From sequence record SRR20825006_2978: 40,009 bases of DNA; one strand, given 5' to 3'. Both the position numbers and the translations under genes were made by a program. Every line of letters starts with the position of its first letter. Position 1 is the stretch's first letter. Below are positions 1 through 10,293 of the stretch, piece by piece. The notes beneath the pieces are model-generated. The model was not told the origin of the DNA. It did not search any database and was given only the letters and a program-made list of their open reading frames with translations.

Positions 1-1453
<1,453 letters not shown>

Positions 1454-1496
1454 TATCAGCCGCGCACGGCTCCCCGGCGTATAAGTTCGCCGAGTG

Positions 1497-1550
1497 AAAA
1501 GAGAACCGCGAGGATTTGGCTCGGTCCAAAACCTCGCGGTTCTCTTTTTT
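1497..1550 (+). terminator. Intrinsic terminator after groEL
   Basis: AAAAGAGAACCGCGAGG...CCTCGCGGTTCTCTTTTTT inverted repeat ending in a T-run about 45 bp after the stop. Confidence 0.85.
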
Positions 1551-1701
1551 CTTGTGAGATGTCTCGGTGTGAGAGGACGGATATTGCGGCCCGGGGGTCG
1601 GGCGTGTACCATTCTCGAAGTGGCATTGCACACCCACCCTCATCATTACACCTTCGTTCAAGTGGTATCCCCGTTACCTTCGACGTGCGAGACATCCGAG
1701 C

Positions 1702-3606
1702 ATGCCGTCTTCTGCCAATGAACAACTCAAAGCGATCCTGAGAGCAGGCAAGCTTTTCGAGGGCAAGTATAGAATCTTGCGCCCGTTAGGAGCAGGCTCC
1801 TTCGCGGTCGTGGTGCATGGGCGCCACGAGGTGATGGAGCGTGACGTCGCGCTCAAGTTCCTCAAGCCCAAGGTCGTCGAGGCCAACCCCGAGGTCTCGG
1901 AGCGCTTCGTCAAAGAGGTCCAGATCGCGAGCCGACTGCACCACCCCAACGTGGTGGCCATCTACGACTTCGGGAAGACCGAGGATGGGATCTATTACAT
2001 GGTGCAGGAGTTCGTCGACGGCGTGACCGTCGACGAGATCATGCCACCGGGGAAGCCGCTCCAGCACGATCGCGTGGTGGATGTCGTGCGCCAGGTGCTC
2101 TCCTGCCTCGAGGAGGCCCACAGCCAGGGCGTCATCCACCGGGATCTCAAGCCGTCGAACCTGATGTCGACGACCACAGAGGAGGGCGAGGAGGTCATCA
2201 AGATCCTCGACTTCGGCGTGGCAAAGTTGCTCGAGAAGTCGGACACGGCGGGGCCATCGCGACAGTCCACCAAATTCATCGGCACTCCGATTTATATGAG
2301 CCCCGAGCAGATCCTCGGGCGTGAGGTTGGCCCCTCGAGCGATCTCTACAGCGTCGGGTTGATGCTCTACGAGATGATCACGGGGCAGGCGCCCATCCAG
2401 GCCGATCAGATCGCCGAGGTCGTGCAGCAGCACCTGAGCGACGAGCGCTTCGACTTCCCGATGTTGCATCTGCTCGACGCGAACATGCAGCGCGTGATCC
2501 TGAAGGCGACGGCGCGCCAGCCCGAGGATCGCTTCAGAAACGCCGCCGAGTTCCAGGTCGCGCTCGCGGGCTTGTGGGGAGATGGTGAGTTCGAGAGCGC
2601 GGACACCGAGGTAGGTGACGCGGCGATGATCTCGAAGGCGCTCGACAAGGGCGCCTCGCGCGTGCGCGGCGCCAGCGCGCTCGAAGAGGAGAGCTCCGAG
2701 GCCGACGATCTGGACGCCTTCCTCGGCAGGAATTACATCGGCCCTGACGTCGATGAGTTTAGCTCATCCTTTGATCCTCTCCCGTTTAACGAGCAGCGCT
2801 CGTCGAGCCTTGGCGGCAGCTCTTTCGATCTCCTCCACGGCGTCGACCTCGATGAGGACGAGCCCGAAAAGCCAAAAGAAGCCACCAAACAAAGACCCTC
2901 CCCGGAGCTCCTCACCGAGCGCCCCGCCAACAAGAGCGAGCCCCGCGCGAGGGCGGCGAGCGCGCGCAAGGAGAGCCCCAAGAAGGAGCCGATCAAGGTC
3001 ACGCCGACGCCAAAACAGGAGTCTTCGTCCTCGGAGGCTTCTGCTTCGAGCAGCGCGTTGACAAACCTGCGTGACCTCGAGCTCGATATGGACGCCTTGC
3101 GCAGCGTGCGCGAGGATCGCGTGCGCTCGGCGCGCGTCGATCGGAGCGCGCGCCAGGCCGCATCTGCGGTGGACGTCCCGAGCAACCTCGAGCCGCTCGA
3201 TATCCCGCTATACCTCGGCGCCTTCGTGTGCGCCTATATCGCCTTTGTCCTGCTCAGCGCGGTCACCGATCAGATGCCTGGCGCCGCGCGCGTGATCATC
3301 GGGCTCATGCCGGTCCCGCTCGCTGCGGGGTGGGTCGCTATCGAGGGCCGCAAGACCGGCAGCTTCGTGGAGAGGTGGGCCAGGCCCATCTCGACGCGGA
3401 CCATGATCTTGCTGGTCTGTGCGATCCTGCTCATCGCGCTCGTGTTGCCCGATAAGGCGACGCTCGCCCTCAAGCACGAGGGCGTCTGGTTCTACGAAGC
3501 GCTCCCCAAGGTCCCGCCATTGACATGGTTCGCGGCGGCGACGCGTTCGATGACCGATCTTTTCTCTGTGATCTTCGGGGGTATCGCAGGCATTATGCCC
3601 TGGTAA
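1702..3606 (+). CDS. Hanks-type Ser/Thr protein kinase with C-terminal multi-TM domain (kinase 1)
   Basis: GAGSFAVV, VALK, HRDLKPSN, DFG, GTPIYMSPE, SDLYS; acidic/Ser-rich linker; about three hydrophobic helices near the C-terminus. Confidence 0.95.
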   Translation: MPSSANEQLKAILRAGKLFEGKYRILRPLGAGSFAVVVHGRHEVMERDVALKFLKPKVVEANPEVSERFVKEVQIASRLHHPNVVAIYDFGKTEDGIYYMVQEFVDGVTVDEIMPPGKPLQHDRVVDVVRQVLSCLEEAHSQGVIHRDLKPSNLMSTTTEEGEEVIKILDFGVAKLLEKSDTAGPSRQSTKFIGTPIYMSPEQILGREVGPSSDLYSVGLMLYEMITGQAPIQADQIAEVVQQHLSDERFDFPMLHLLDANMQRVILKATARQPEDRFRNAAEFQVALAGLWGDGEFESADTEVGDAAMISKALDKGASRVRGASALEEESSEADDLDAFLGRNYIGPDVDEFSSSFDPLPFNEQRSSSLGGSSFDLLHGVDLDEDEPEKPKEATKQRPSPELLTERPANKSEPRARAASARKESPKKEPIKVTPTPKQESSSSEASASSSALTNLRDLELDMDALRSVREDRVRSARVDRSARQAASAVDVPSNLEPLDIPLYLGAFVCAYIAFVLLSAVTDQMPGAARVIIGLMPVPLAAGWVAIEGRKTGSFVERWARPISTRTMILLVCAILLIALVLPDKATLALKHEGVWFYEALPKVPPLTWFAAATRSMTDLFSVIFGGIAGIMPW

Positions 3607-3626
3607 CCAAAGATCGAGCGGTCGAG

Positions 3627-5069
3627 ATGACAAACCCCGAGTATATTCTCAACAAATACCTCAGCGCCGGCGAAGTGATCGCGGGGCGCTACCAACTCGA
3701 GCGCGTGCTCGGCTCGGGCGCCTACGGCGCGATCTACACCGCCAATGATCTCATCAGCCACGAGCGCGTGGCCATCAAGGCGCTCCCCCCGAGAGCCGAG
3801 AATACCTCACAGACTGCCTTCGACCGCTTCCAGCGCGAGATGCAGATCATCCGCAACCTCGTCCACAAGAACATCATCGCGCTCTACGACTATGGCGAGA
3901 CCGAGCAGGGCGTCCCCTATATGGTCATCGAGTATGTCGAGGGGGAGACGCTCGACTCTCTCGTGGCGCGCGAGCCGATGTCGCTCGACGATGGCCTCGA
4001 TGTCCTCTCGCAGCTGCTCCAGGCGCTGCAGGCCGCGCACAAACTCGGCGTCGTGCACCGCGATCTAAAGCCCGCCAACGTCATGATCTCTGGCGAGGCG
4101 GGGCGCTACAAGTGCAAGGTGCTCGACTTCGGGATGGCCAAGGTCTTGGAGAACCTCGGCGGTGAGGATCTCACGCAGTTGACTCGCGAGGGCGTGGCCG
4201 TCGGGACCCCGCGCTATATCGCGCCAGAGCAGGCGCGTGGGCTCGAGGTCGGCCCGTACACTGATATCTACGCGGCCGGGTTGTTGACCTACGAGCTCTT
4301 CACCGGCGCCCGCGCGGTCAAGGCGAACGCGATCGAGGCCGCGGTGGCTGCGCATGTCTCACCGCGACCGCTCGACCTCCCCGAGATCGAGGATGTGCCC
4401 GAGCCCGTGCGCCCGATCATGTACAAGATGATGGCCAAGGCCGTGCACGAGCGCTACCAGAACGCCGGGCAGGTGTTGGCGCATATCGAGCGCCTGCAAA
4501 CGCACATCCGCCGCCTGGCGAGCGGCCCACTCCCCGAACATATCGAGCTTGGCGGCAAGCGCGTCGGCGCGCCGCAACAGATCGACCTCGACTACGACCG
4601 CATCGAAGAGTTCGAGGAGGAGCGAAAGCAACGCGAGCCAAAGCTCACCGTCGAGAAGGAATCGACCCCGCTGATTCCTCCCGTCAAACACCCCGCCGAA
4701 TATATCGAGCGGCTGCTCTGCCTCCCGCTCGCGTTCCTCGGGTTTGTCCTCCTCTCGACGATCATCCCCATAAAAGAGCCGTTCCTTCGCGGCGCCTTCT
4801 CGGTCTTTCCTATCCTCCTGTGCGCCATCATCGGCTGGGTTCTTCGTGGGAAAGGCCCGTTCACCGTCGCGAGGATGACCTGGATCGCTGGCCTCGCCTG
4901 TTTCGTGCTCCCGCACGTGATCAACCTCAAGCTCGTGACCTCGAAGCTGCTGCTCGATCCGACCTGGTTTCTCGAGCCGCTCTCCGGTATCCCTGGCGCC
5001 ACCATCCTCATGTCGGTGGTCAAAGAGGTTTCAGGGGCGTGGGCGACCATGCTATCTGGATTTCTCTAG
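3627..5069 (+). CDS. Hanks-type Ser/Thr protein kinase with C-terminal multi-TM domain (kinase 2)
   Basis: GSGAYG, VAIK, HRDLKPAN, DFG, GTPRYIAPE; start moved to ATG 3627 (MTNPEY), 20 bp after the kinase 1 stop; hydrophobic C-terminal helices. Confidence 0.94.
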   Translation: MTNPEYILNKYLSAGEVIAGRYQLERVLGSGAYGAIYTANDLISHERVAIKALPPRAENTSQTAFDRFQREMQIIRNLVHKNIIALYDYGETEQGVPYMVIEYVEGETLDSLVAREPMSLDDGLDVLSQLLQALQAAHKLGVVHRDLKPANVMISGEAGRYKCKVLDFGMAKVLENLGGEDLTQLTREGVAVGTPRYIAPEQARGLEVGPYTDIYAAGLLTYELFTGARAVKANAIEAAVAAHVSPRPLDLPEIEDVPEPVRPIMYKMMAKAVHERYQNAGQVLAHIERLQTHIRRLASGPLPEHIELGGKRVGAPQQIDLDYDRIEEFEEERKQREPKLTVEKESTPLIPPVKHPAEYIERLLCLPLAFLGFVLLSTIIPIKEPFLRGAFSVFPILLCAIIGWVLRGKGPFTVARMTWIAGLACFVLPHVINLKLVTSKLLLDPTWFLEPLSGIPGATILMSVVKEVSGAWATMLSGFL

Positions 5070-5253
5070 CATTTTTCTCTATAAGCAGATGCAGAACACG
5101 CGAGGCGTCGTGAAGGTTTTCTCGGGCTCGTGTGTTCACTCTCGGGGGATCTCAGGGTGAACCTTGACATTTTCAGGGCGCAACGCTCTACTTCCCCACG
5201 CGATTGCGGTGCCACACACTGCCCTATAAGTAGGATATAAGGAGACTCACTAG

Positions 5254-6567
5254 ATGCGACTTCGCGAAATTCTCGTGATCAGCGCGCTCTTCTTCGGAGG
5301 CGTCGGGCTGGTCGGTTGTGAACAAAACAAGAGCAAAGACAAGGCGAACGCGTCGAGCCCCGCCTCGACCACAGCAAAGGAAACGAGCGGCGCGGCCAAG
5401 AAGGCCGAGATGCCCAAGGACGATAAGGCCAACGCCAAGTCCGATGGCAAGCTGCCCTTCGAAGCGACCGGACCTGTGGCCATCGTCGATGGCCACGAGA
5501 TCAAGGCCGAGCGCTTCAACATGGAGGTCGAGCGCATGGTCAAGGTGACTCAGGGCCGCGTTCCCCCACAAATGCTCCAGTTCTACAAGAAGCAGATCCT
5601 CTACAGGCTCGTCGACGAGCATATCCTGAACAAGGTCGTCGCCGAGAAGAAGGTCACCTTGAGCGAGGAAGAGCTTACCAAGGAGTTCGAGGAGCTCAAG
5701 AAGCGCTTCCCGGACGAGCAGCAGTTCAAGCTGTTCAAGGATCGCATGGGCGTCGATGACGCGAAGCTGCGCGAGGATCTCCGCACGCAAGCCACGCACA
5801 AGAAGCTTTTCGAAGAGCACTACGGCGTCAAGGTCACCGACAAGGACGTCAAGGAGTACTACGAGAAGAACACCGACCGCTTCAAGCAAGAGGAGCAGGT
5901 CAAGGCGAGCCACATTCTCCTGAAGGTCGAAAAGGGCGCAGACGACGCCAAGGTCAAGGAGATCGAGAAGAAGGCTGCTGAAATCGCCAAGAAAGCCAAG
6001 GCCAAGGATGCAGACTTCGCTGCGCTCGCCAAGGAATTCTCCGAAGGACCTAGCGCACCCAAGGGTGGCGATCTCGGGATGTTCCCACGCAAGCGCATGG
6101 TCAAGCCTTTCTCCGACGCGGCGTTCAAGCTCAAGCCTGGCGCAGTCTCCGATCCTGTCCGAACCACGTTCGGTTGGCACGTGATCAAGGTCGTCGAGCG
6201 TCAAGAAGAGCGCGTCCAGCCCTTCGACGAGGTCAAGGACAAGATCGAGGAGATGCTCTACACGCAGAAACTGCGTGAGACCATGTCCAAGGTCATGAAA
6301 GACCTCAAGGAAGGCGCCAAGATCGAGTACAAGGAAGACAACATCAAGATGAACATCGAGGCGCCAAAGGCACAACCGATGATGCCTGGTATGCCCGGCG
6401 GCCACGGCGGTCACGGTCACGCACATGGCCCCAACGATGGTCACGGGCACGGCAACGCGCCAAAGATCAAGGTCAACCCCAAGCTCAAGCTCAACCAACC
6501 TAACGGCGCCAAGCTCAAGTTGAACACGGCACCAAAGGGCGGCGCAGCTCCTGCTCCAAAGCAGTAA
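5254..6567 (+). CDS. Parvulin-type peptidyl-prolyl isomerase / foldase lipoprotein (PrsA/SurA-like) with His-rich tail
   Basis: AAGGAG RBS; lipobox LVGC; VKASHILLK, FAALAKEFSEGPSAPKGGDLG, FSDAAFKL, FGWHVIKV rotamase motifs. Confidence 0.93.
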   Translation: MRLREILVISALFFGGVGLVGCEQNKSKDKANASSPASTTAKETSGAAKKAEMPKDDKANAKSDGKLPFEATGPVAIVDGHEIKAERFNMEVERMVKVTQGRVPPQMLQFYKKQILYRLVDEHILNKVVAEKKVTLSEEELTKEFEELKKRFPDEQQFKLFKDRMGVDDAKLREDLRTQATHKKLFEEHYGVKVTDKDVKEYYEKNTDRFKQEEQVKASHILLKVEKGADDAKVKEIEKKAAEIAKKAKAKDADFAALAKEFSEGPSAPKGGDLGMFPRKRMVKPFSDAAFKLKPGAVSDPVRTTFGWHVIKVVERQEERVQPFDEVKDKIEEMLYTQKLRETMSKVMKDLKEGAKIEYKEDNIKMNIEAPKAQPMMPGMPGGHGGHGHAHGPNDGHGHGNAPKIKVNPKLKLNQPNGAKLKLNTAPKGGAAPAPKQ

Positions 6568-6606
6568 TAGCTCGCTAGAGCTCATCAGAGCCCAAATCAG
6601 AGACCG

Positions 6607-6645
6607 AAAAGGGCCTGCTCGCTTTCGCGAGCAGGCCCTTTTTTT
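6607..6645 (+). terminator. Intrinsic terminator, possibly bidirectional
   Basis: AAAAGGGCCTGCTCGC-TTTC-GCGAGCAGGCCCTTTTTTT after the PPIase stop. Confidence 0.9.
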
Positions 6646-6748
6646 GATGCGCGTCCTCATGCCTCGCTGGTTTCCCGTGGATGTCATCATCACCTCGGGA
6701 GAAAGCAACGTGTTCGAAGGTGTATGCTTTGATGTGCTCTGACAGCCA

Positions 6749-6802
6749 AGAAGAATGAAGAAGGCGTGGTCAGTAACCTGACCACGCCTTCTTCATTCTT
6801 CT
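6749..6802. repeat. Perfect 25-bp inverted repeat with 4-nt loop
   Basis: AGAAGAATGAAGAAGGCGTGGTCAG-TAAC-CTGACCACGCCTTCTTCATTCTTCT, 50 bp past the kinase 3 stop. Confidence 0.9.
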
Positions 6803-6852
6803 CTCTGGCCTGTCACGTCAGGCCAGGTGCTTTGCTTCATCGCTTGCCGACT

Positions 6853-9120
6853 TCACCACTTGATATAAGTGTCGTCCTTGCCACCCTTCTTGTCCGAGTC
6901 CTTGCTAGGACTCTTCTTGTCGGTTGTCTTTGGGCGCGTGGACTTTGGCATGCTCTTGGTGCCAGGGCGTGTGGGCGCTGGCATCGTGCGTGGCTTGACC
7001 TTCGGTGTATCCTCATCCGACTTCGTATCGGGGCGCGTGGGCTTTGGAGGTTCTGGCATCTTCACCTCTGAAGCGCGCTTCTTCTGCATTCCTGCGGCGA
7101 GCATCGACTCTTCGACGATGTCGGCGAGCATGTACGAGTTCTTGCGGTTGAACGCCGCGAACCCGGACTCGTTTTGAGGATCGTTGCTGTTGAGGAACCA
7201 GTTGGGCGCGGCGCGGAGCTCGCCGACGATCTGGCTCGAGAAGAAGATGCAGAGCAACAGGATGCTCATCCCGTTGATCGCGACGCCGACGGTCGATGCC
7301 TTGCGGAGCTTGTGGAGCCCGCTGCTCACGACGGCGAAGCGCTCTCTGGCGCCACCTTCAGCGACCAGCGGCACGAGCGGGATCAGGATCGCCGCGATCG
7401 CTGTGCCCATGAGTCGGATCGGTCCATCGACGACCAGCTCTGCGGTCGCGCCGAGCGTCAGGAACAACACGTAGATGATCACGATGAGCAGCAGCGTCAT
7501 CCCGATGGCGGTGATCAGCGTGATCGAGAACTCGAGCGAGGACTCCTCGTCGACCGAGCGCGCTGACGCGATGGTCTTCTGACGAGGTTGCTCTTGCGGC
7601 GTCGGTTGATACGGCTGCTCTGGGACTGTTTGCCGATACGGGGGGATCGCGGTCTGATCGAGCTCCGGCTCGGGCGCGAACGCGCTGTCACCAGAGCGGT
7701 CGCTCGGCGCTGGCGGCAAGTCTGCAGAGTTGAGCAGCGCAGAGCCCGAGGAAGAGGCGTGCGCGCCTTGCATGTGTTGGGGCGCGGCGTTGCCTTGAAG
7801 TCCTGGCATCGGTTGTTGCGGAGCGTTGCCTTGCAACCCTGGCATCTGACCATGGCCAGGCGGTGTGTTGCCCTGCAAGCCTGGCATTGGACCGCTGGCA
7901 TAGCCGCCTTGTTGTTGACCGTAGCCTTGCTGGCCGTAACCCTGTTGCTGTTGTGGGTAGCTTTGCGCGGGTTGCATCTGCTGCGCCGGAGGCGCTTGAT
8001 TGTAAGCTCCTGAAGGATGAACGTAATGACCAGAGGGCGTTTGATTGCCCTGGATCATCGGGTCCATCTGTTGCGCGGCGGGGAACCCACCTGATTGCCT
8101 GTTCCACTGTTGTTGCTGCGGGTTTTGTTGCGCGTAGGGGCCTGTGCCAAAGTTGTTCGAGGCGTAGTTGTTATTGAGCAAAAAGTCCCCGGAGGCGGAG
8201 GCATCGCTCATGCCCGCGAACCCCATGGACTCGCGCCTGATCTCGAAGAGCGCCTGCTCGAGCTCCTGCGCCATCACATCGACGGTGCGGTAGCGGTGCT
8301 GCATCGACTTCGCGACGGCGCGCTGCACGACGCGTTGCAGGGCAGGGTGGAGGCGGTTGAGGTTGCCAAGACGCAGCGGCTCCGGGCTGATCTGCTGGGT
8401 GATCAGCGCCATGGCTGTGTTGCCCGTGACCGCAGGCTCGCCAGTCAGCATCTCGTAGAACATCAACCCGAGGCTGTAGACATCACTCGCGCCGGTGAGC
8501 TCCTCGCCGCGCACTTGCTCCGGGCTCATGTAGCGGGGTGTCCCGATGAGCTGGCGCTCGCCAGGCGCGACGCCCACGCTGGTCAGATCTTCGCTCGCTT
8601 TATCGCGCCCACCGCGCAACCTGGCGATGCCGAAGTCGAGGACCTTGACGAAGTCTTCCTCGCCACCAAGCTCGGTGAGCATGATGTTGGCGGGCTTCAA
8701 GTCGCGGTGGATGATGCCGTGACGGTGTGCTTCCGAGAGGGACTTGGCGACCTGGATACAGACCTTGGAGGCGCGCTCGTCACGGAACGCGCCGCGGCGG
8801 TTGATCACATCCTTGAGCGTCTCTCCATCGACGTACTCGAGCACCATGTACACGAGGCCATCTCCCGTCTCTCCGAAATCGTGGATCGTGACGGTGTTGG
8901 GGTGCCTGAGTTTGGAGATGATCTTGACTTCGCGCAGGAATCGCTCGCGCGCTGTCATGCTCGCTTCGACCTGGAGGTCGGGCTTGAGCACCTTGAGGGC
9001 GACGTTGCGATCCATCCCGATCTGATACGCGAGGTAGACCATGCCAAAGCCGCCTCGGCCCAGCTCGCCCTGGATTCGGTACTTCCCCTCGAAAATATAG
9101 CCGCGCTGTAGGTGTTCCAT
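6853..9120 (-). CDS. Hanks-type Ser/Thr protein kinase with Gln/Gly/Pro-rich linker and multi-TM C-terminal domain (kinase 3)
   Basis: GRGGFG, VALK, HRDLKPAN, DFG, GTPRYMSPE, SDVYS; low-complexity linker; three hydrophobic helices; Pro/Lys-rich tail. Confidence 0.95.
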   Translation of the reverse strand: MEHLQRGYIFEGKYRIQGELGRGGFGMVYLAYQIGMDRNVALKVLKPDLQVEASMTARERFLREVKIISKLRHPNTVTIHDFGETGDGLVYMVLEYVDGETLKDVINRRGAFRDERASKVCIQVAKSLSEAHRHGIIHRDLKPANIMLTELGGEEDFVKVLDFGIARLRGGRDKASEDLTSVGVAPGERQLIGTPRYMSPEQVRGEELTGASDVYSLGLMFYEMLTGEPAVTGNTAMALITQQISPEPLRLGNLNRLHPALQRVVQRAVAKSMQHRYRTVDVMAQELEQALFEIRRESMGFAGMSDASASGDFLLNNNYASNNFGTGPYAQQNPQQQQWNRQSGGFPAAQQMDPMIQGNQTPSGHYVHPSGAYNQAPPAQQMQPAQSYPQQQQGYGQQGYGQQQGGYASGPMPGLQGNTPPGHGQMPGLQGNAPQQPMPGLQGNAAPQHMQGAHASSSGSALLNSADLPPAPSDRSGDSAFAPEPELDQTAIPPYRQTVPEQPYQPTPQEQPRQKTIASARSVDEESSLEFSITLITAIGMTLLLIVIIYVLFLTLGATAELVVDGPIRLMGTAIAAILIPLVPLVAEGGARERFAVVSSGLHKLRKASTVGVAINGMSILLLCIFFSSQIVGELRAAPNWFLNSNDPQNESGFAAFNRKNSYMLADIVEESMLAAGMQKKRASEVKMPEPPKPTRPDTKSDEDTPKVKPRTMPAPTRPGTKSMPKSTRPKTTDKKSPSKDSDKKGGKDDTYIKW

Positions 9121-9210
9121 CCGTCCGTGTCGGCTCCGGGCAGTGTCAACGGCAACTTATATTGCCTTTAGTAGAAGCGTAACAGTGTCCAACCGTTTGC
9201 GCAATCGCGC

Positions 9211-9246
9211 GGCGTGACGTGGTGCCAGAGGGCACCACGTCACGCC
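9211..9246. repeat. Perfect 16-bp inverted repeat just downstream of pspA (possible terminator or stabiliser)
   Basis: GGCGTGACGTGGTGCC-AGAG-GGCACCACGTCACGCC; no U-tract on the minus strand. Confidence 0.85.
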
Positions 9247-9264
9247 TTGCTCCCTGTCTCCTGA

Positions 9265-10035
9265 TCAGTGCGTCGCTTGCCGACGAACTGGAATGGACAC
9301 CTGCGCTGATTCTTCAGCACTTTCGTCCTCTTCTTCGAACACGAAGGATGAGGTCTCCGCGGCGGCCTGGGTGATCCCGACCTTTGCCTTGAGCGCCGCG
9401 AGCGCGTCGTCTGCCTGTCGCTCTGCTTCGAGCTCGGCGAAGTCGAGCTCGAGTGATTTCTCTTCTCCCGCGAGCACCTGCATCGCCTCGACGTGAGCTT
9501 CCTGCTCCTCGATCCTCGCCTCGACGCGCGCCAGCGCCGAGAAGGCGGTGTCGTTCGAGAGGTTCTCCTGGATCGCTTGCATCCGCTCCATCGCCTGGAC
9601 TTGTTTGGCGCGCATGATCAGCTGGGTGCGCTTTCGACGCGCCTCCGCGATCTTGGAGTCGAGCTTTCGCAGGCCATCCTTGAGCTGCTCGCTCATGGCG
9701 TTGGCGAGCTCGAGCTGGGTGCGGTAATCACTGGCGAGCACGTCTTGCTCCCCCTTGCGGCGCAATGCCTCTTTCGCCAGGTCATCGCGACCTGCTCGGA
9801 CGGCCATCATCGCCTTCTTCTCCCACTGCGCGGCGAGCGCCTCTGTCTGGCGTGTCTGGCGCTCGAGGCGTTTCTCTGAGGCGATCGCTTCGGCCACCGA
9901 GACCTTCGTCTCTCGGTAGTGTGACTGCATGTCGAGGATGAGCTGGTCGAGGATCTTCTCGGGGTCCTCCGCTCGCGCGAGCAGGTTGTTGATGTTGGCT
10001 TTGGCGAGCGTGGTCAGTCGGTCGACGATATTCAT
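9265..10035 (-). CDS. pspA: PspA/IM30 (Vipp1/ESCRT-III superfamily) protein
   Basis: MNIVDRLTTLAKANINNLLARAEDPEKILDQLILDM, WEKKAMMAVRAGRDDLAKEAL, coiled coil; GAGGAGGAG RBS upstream of ATG 10035. Confidence 0.93.
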   Translation of the reverse strand: MNIVDRLTTLAKANINNLLARAEDPEKILDQLILDMQSHYRETKVSVAEAIASEKRLERQTRQTEALAAQWEKKAMMAVRAGRDDLAKEALRRKGEQDVLASDYRTQLELANAMSEQLKDGLRKLDSKIAEARRKRTQLIMRAKQVQAMERMQAIQENLSNDTAFSALARVEARIEEQEAHVEAMQVLAGEEKSLELDFAELEAERQADDALAALKAKVGITQAAAETSSFVFEEEDESAEESAQVSIPVRRQATH

Positions 10036-10051
10036 CTGTGTTGACTCCTCC

Positions 10052-10293
10052 TCGCTCCTGTCGCGAGGTCCGGCCATTCTCGAGCTTCGCGCCGCGATGA
10101 ATACACAGCTCGTGCTGCATCTTCACTGCGGCGTGATCGACAATGAGCGGGCCACGCGACAGGAGCGAATCGATAATCGGGAGAGGTCGTGTCTTTTGCA
10201 GGCGATATGTCGGCTCTGGGGATGACGCCATTGTGATCTTTAGCGAGCCGAGCCTTTTGACGTTTGTTAAAAACGCGGCTCGCTCCAGATCAC
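10052..10293. ncRNA. Candidate structured RNA / 5' leader (two long irregular hairpins) upstream of pspA
   Basis: Hairpin 10052-10168 closed by a perfect 14-bp stem and hairpin 10233-10293; paired by eye, family not recognised. Confidence 0.4.

Noticed and set aside
1566-1652. Possible irregular hairpin upstream of kinase 1
   Set aside because: Short interrupted stems, plausible by chance in GC-rich DNA.
5164-5192. TTGACA box upstream of the PPIase gene
   Set aside because: Matching -10 (TCTACT) is too weak to call.
5224-6708. 494-aa antisense ORF over the PPIase gene
   Set aside because: Shadow ORF from strong codon bias; no motifs, while the sense gene is clear.
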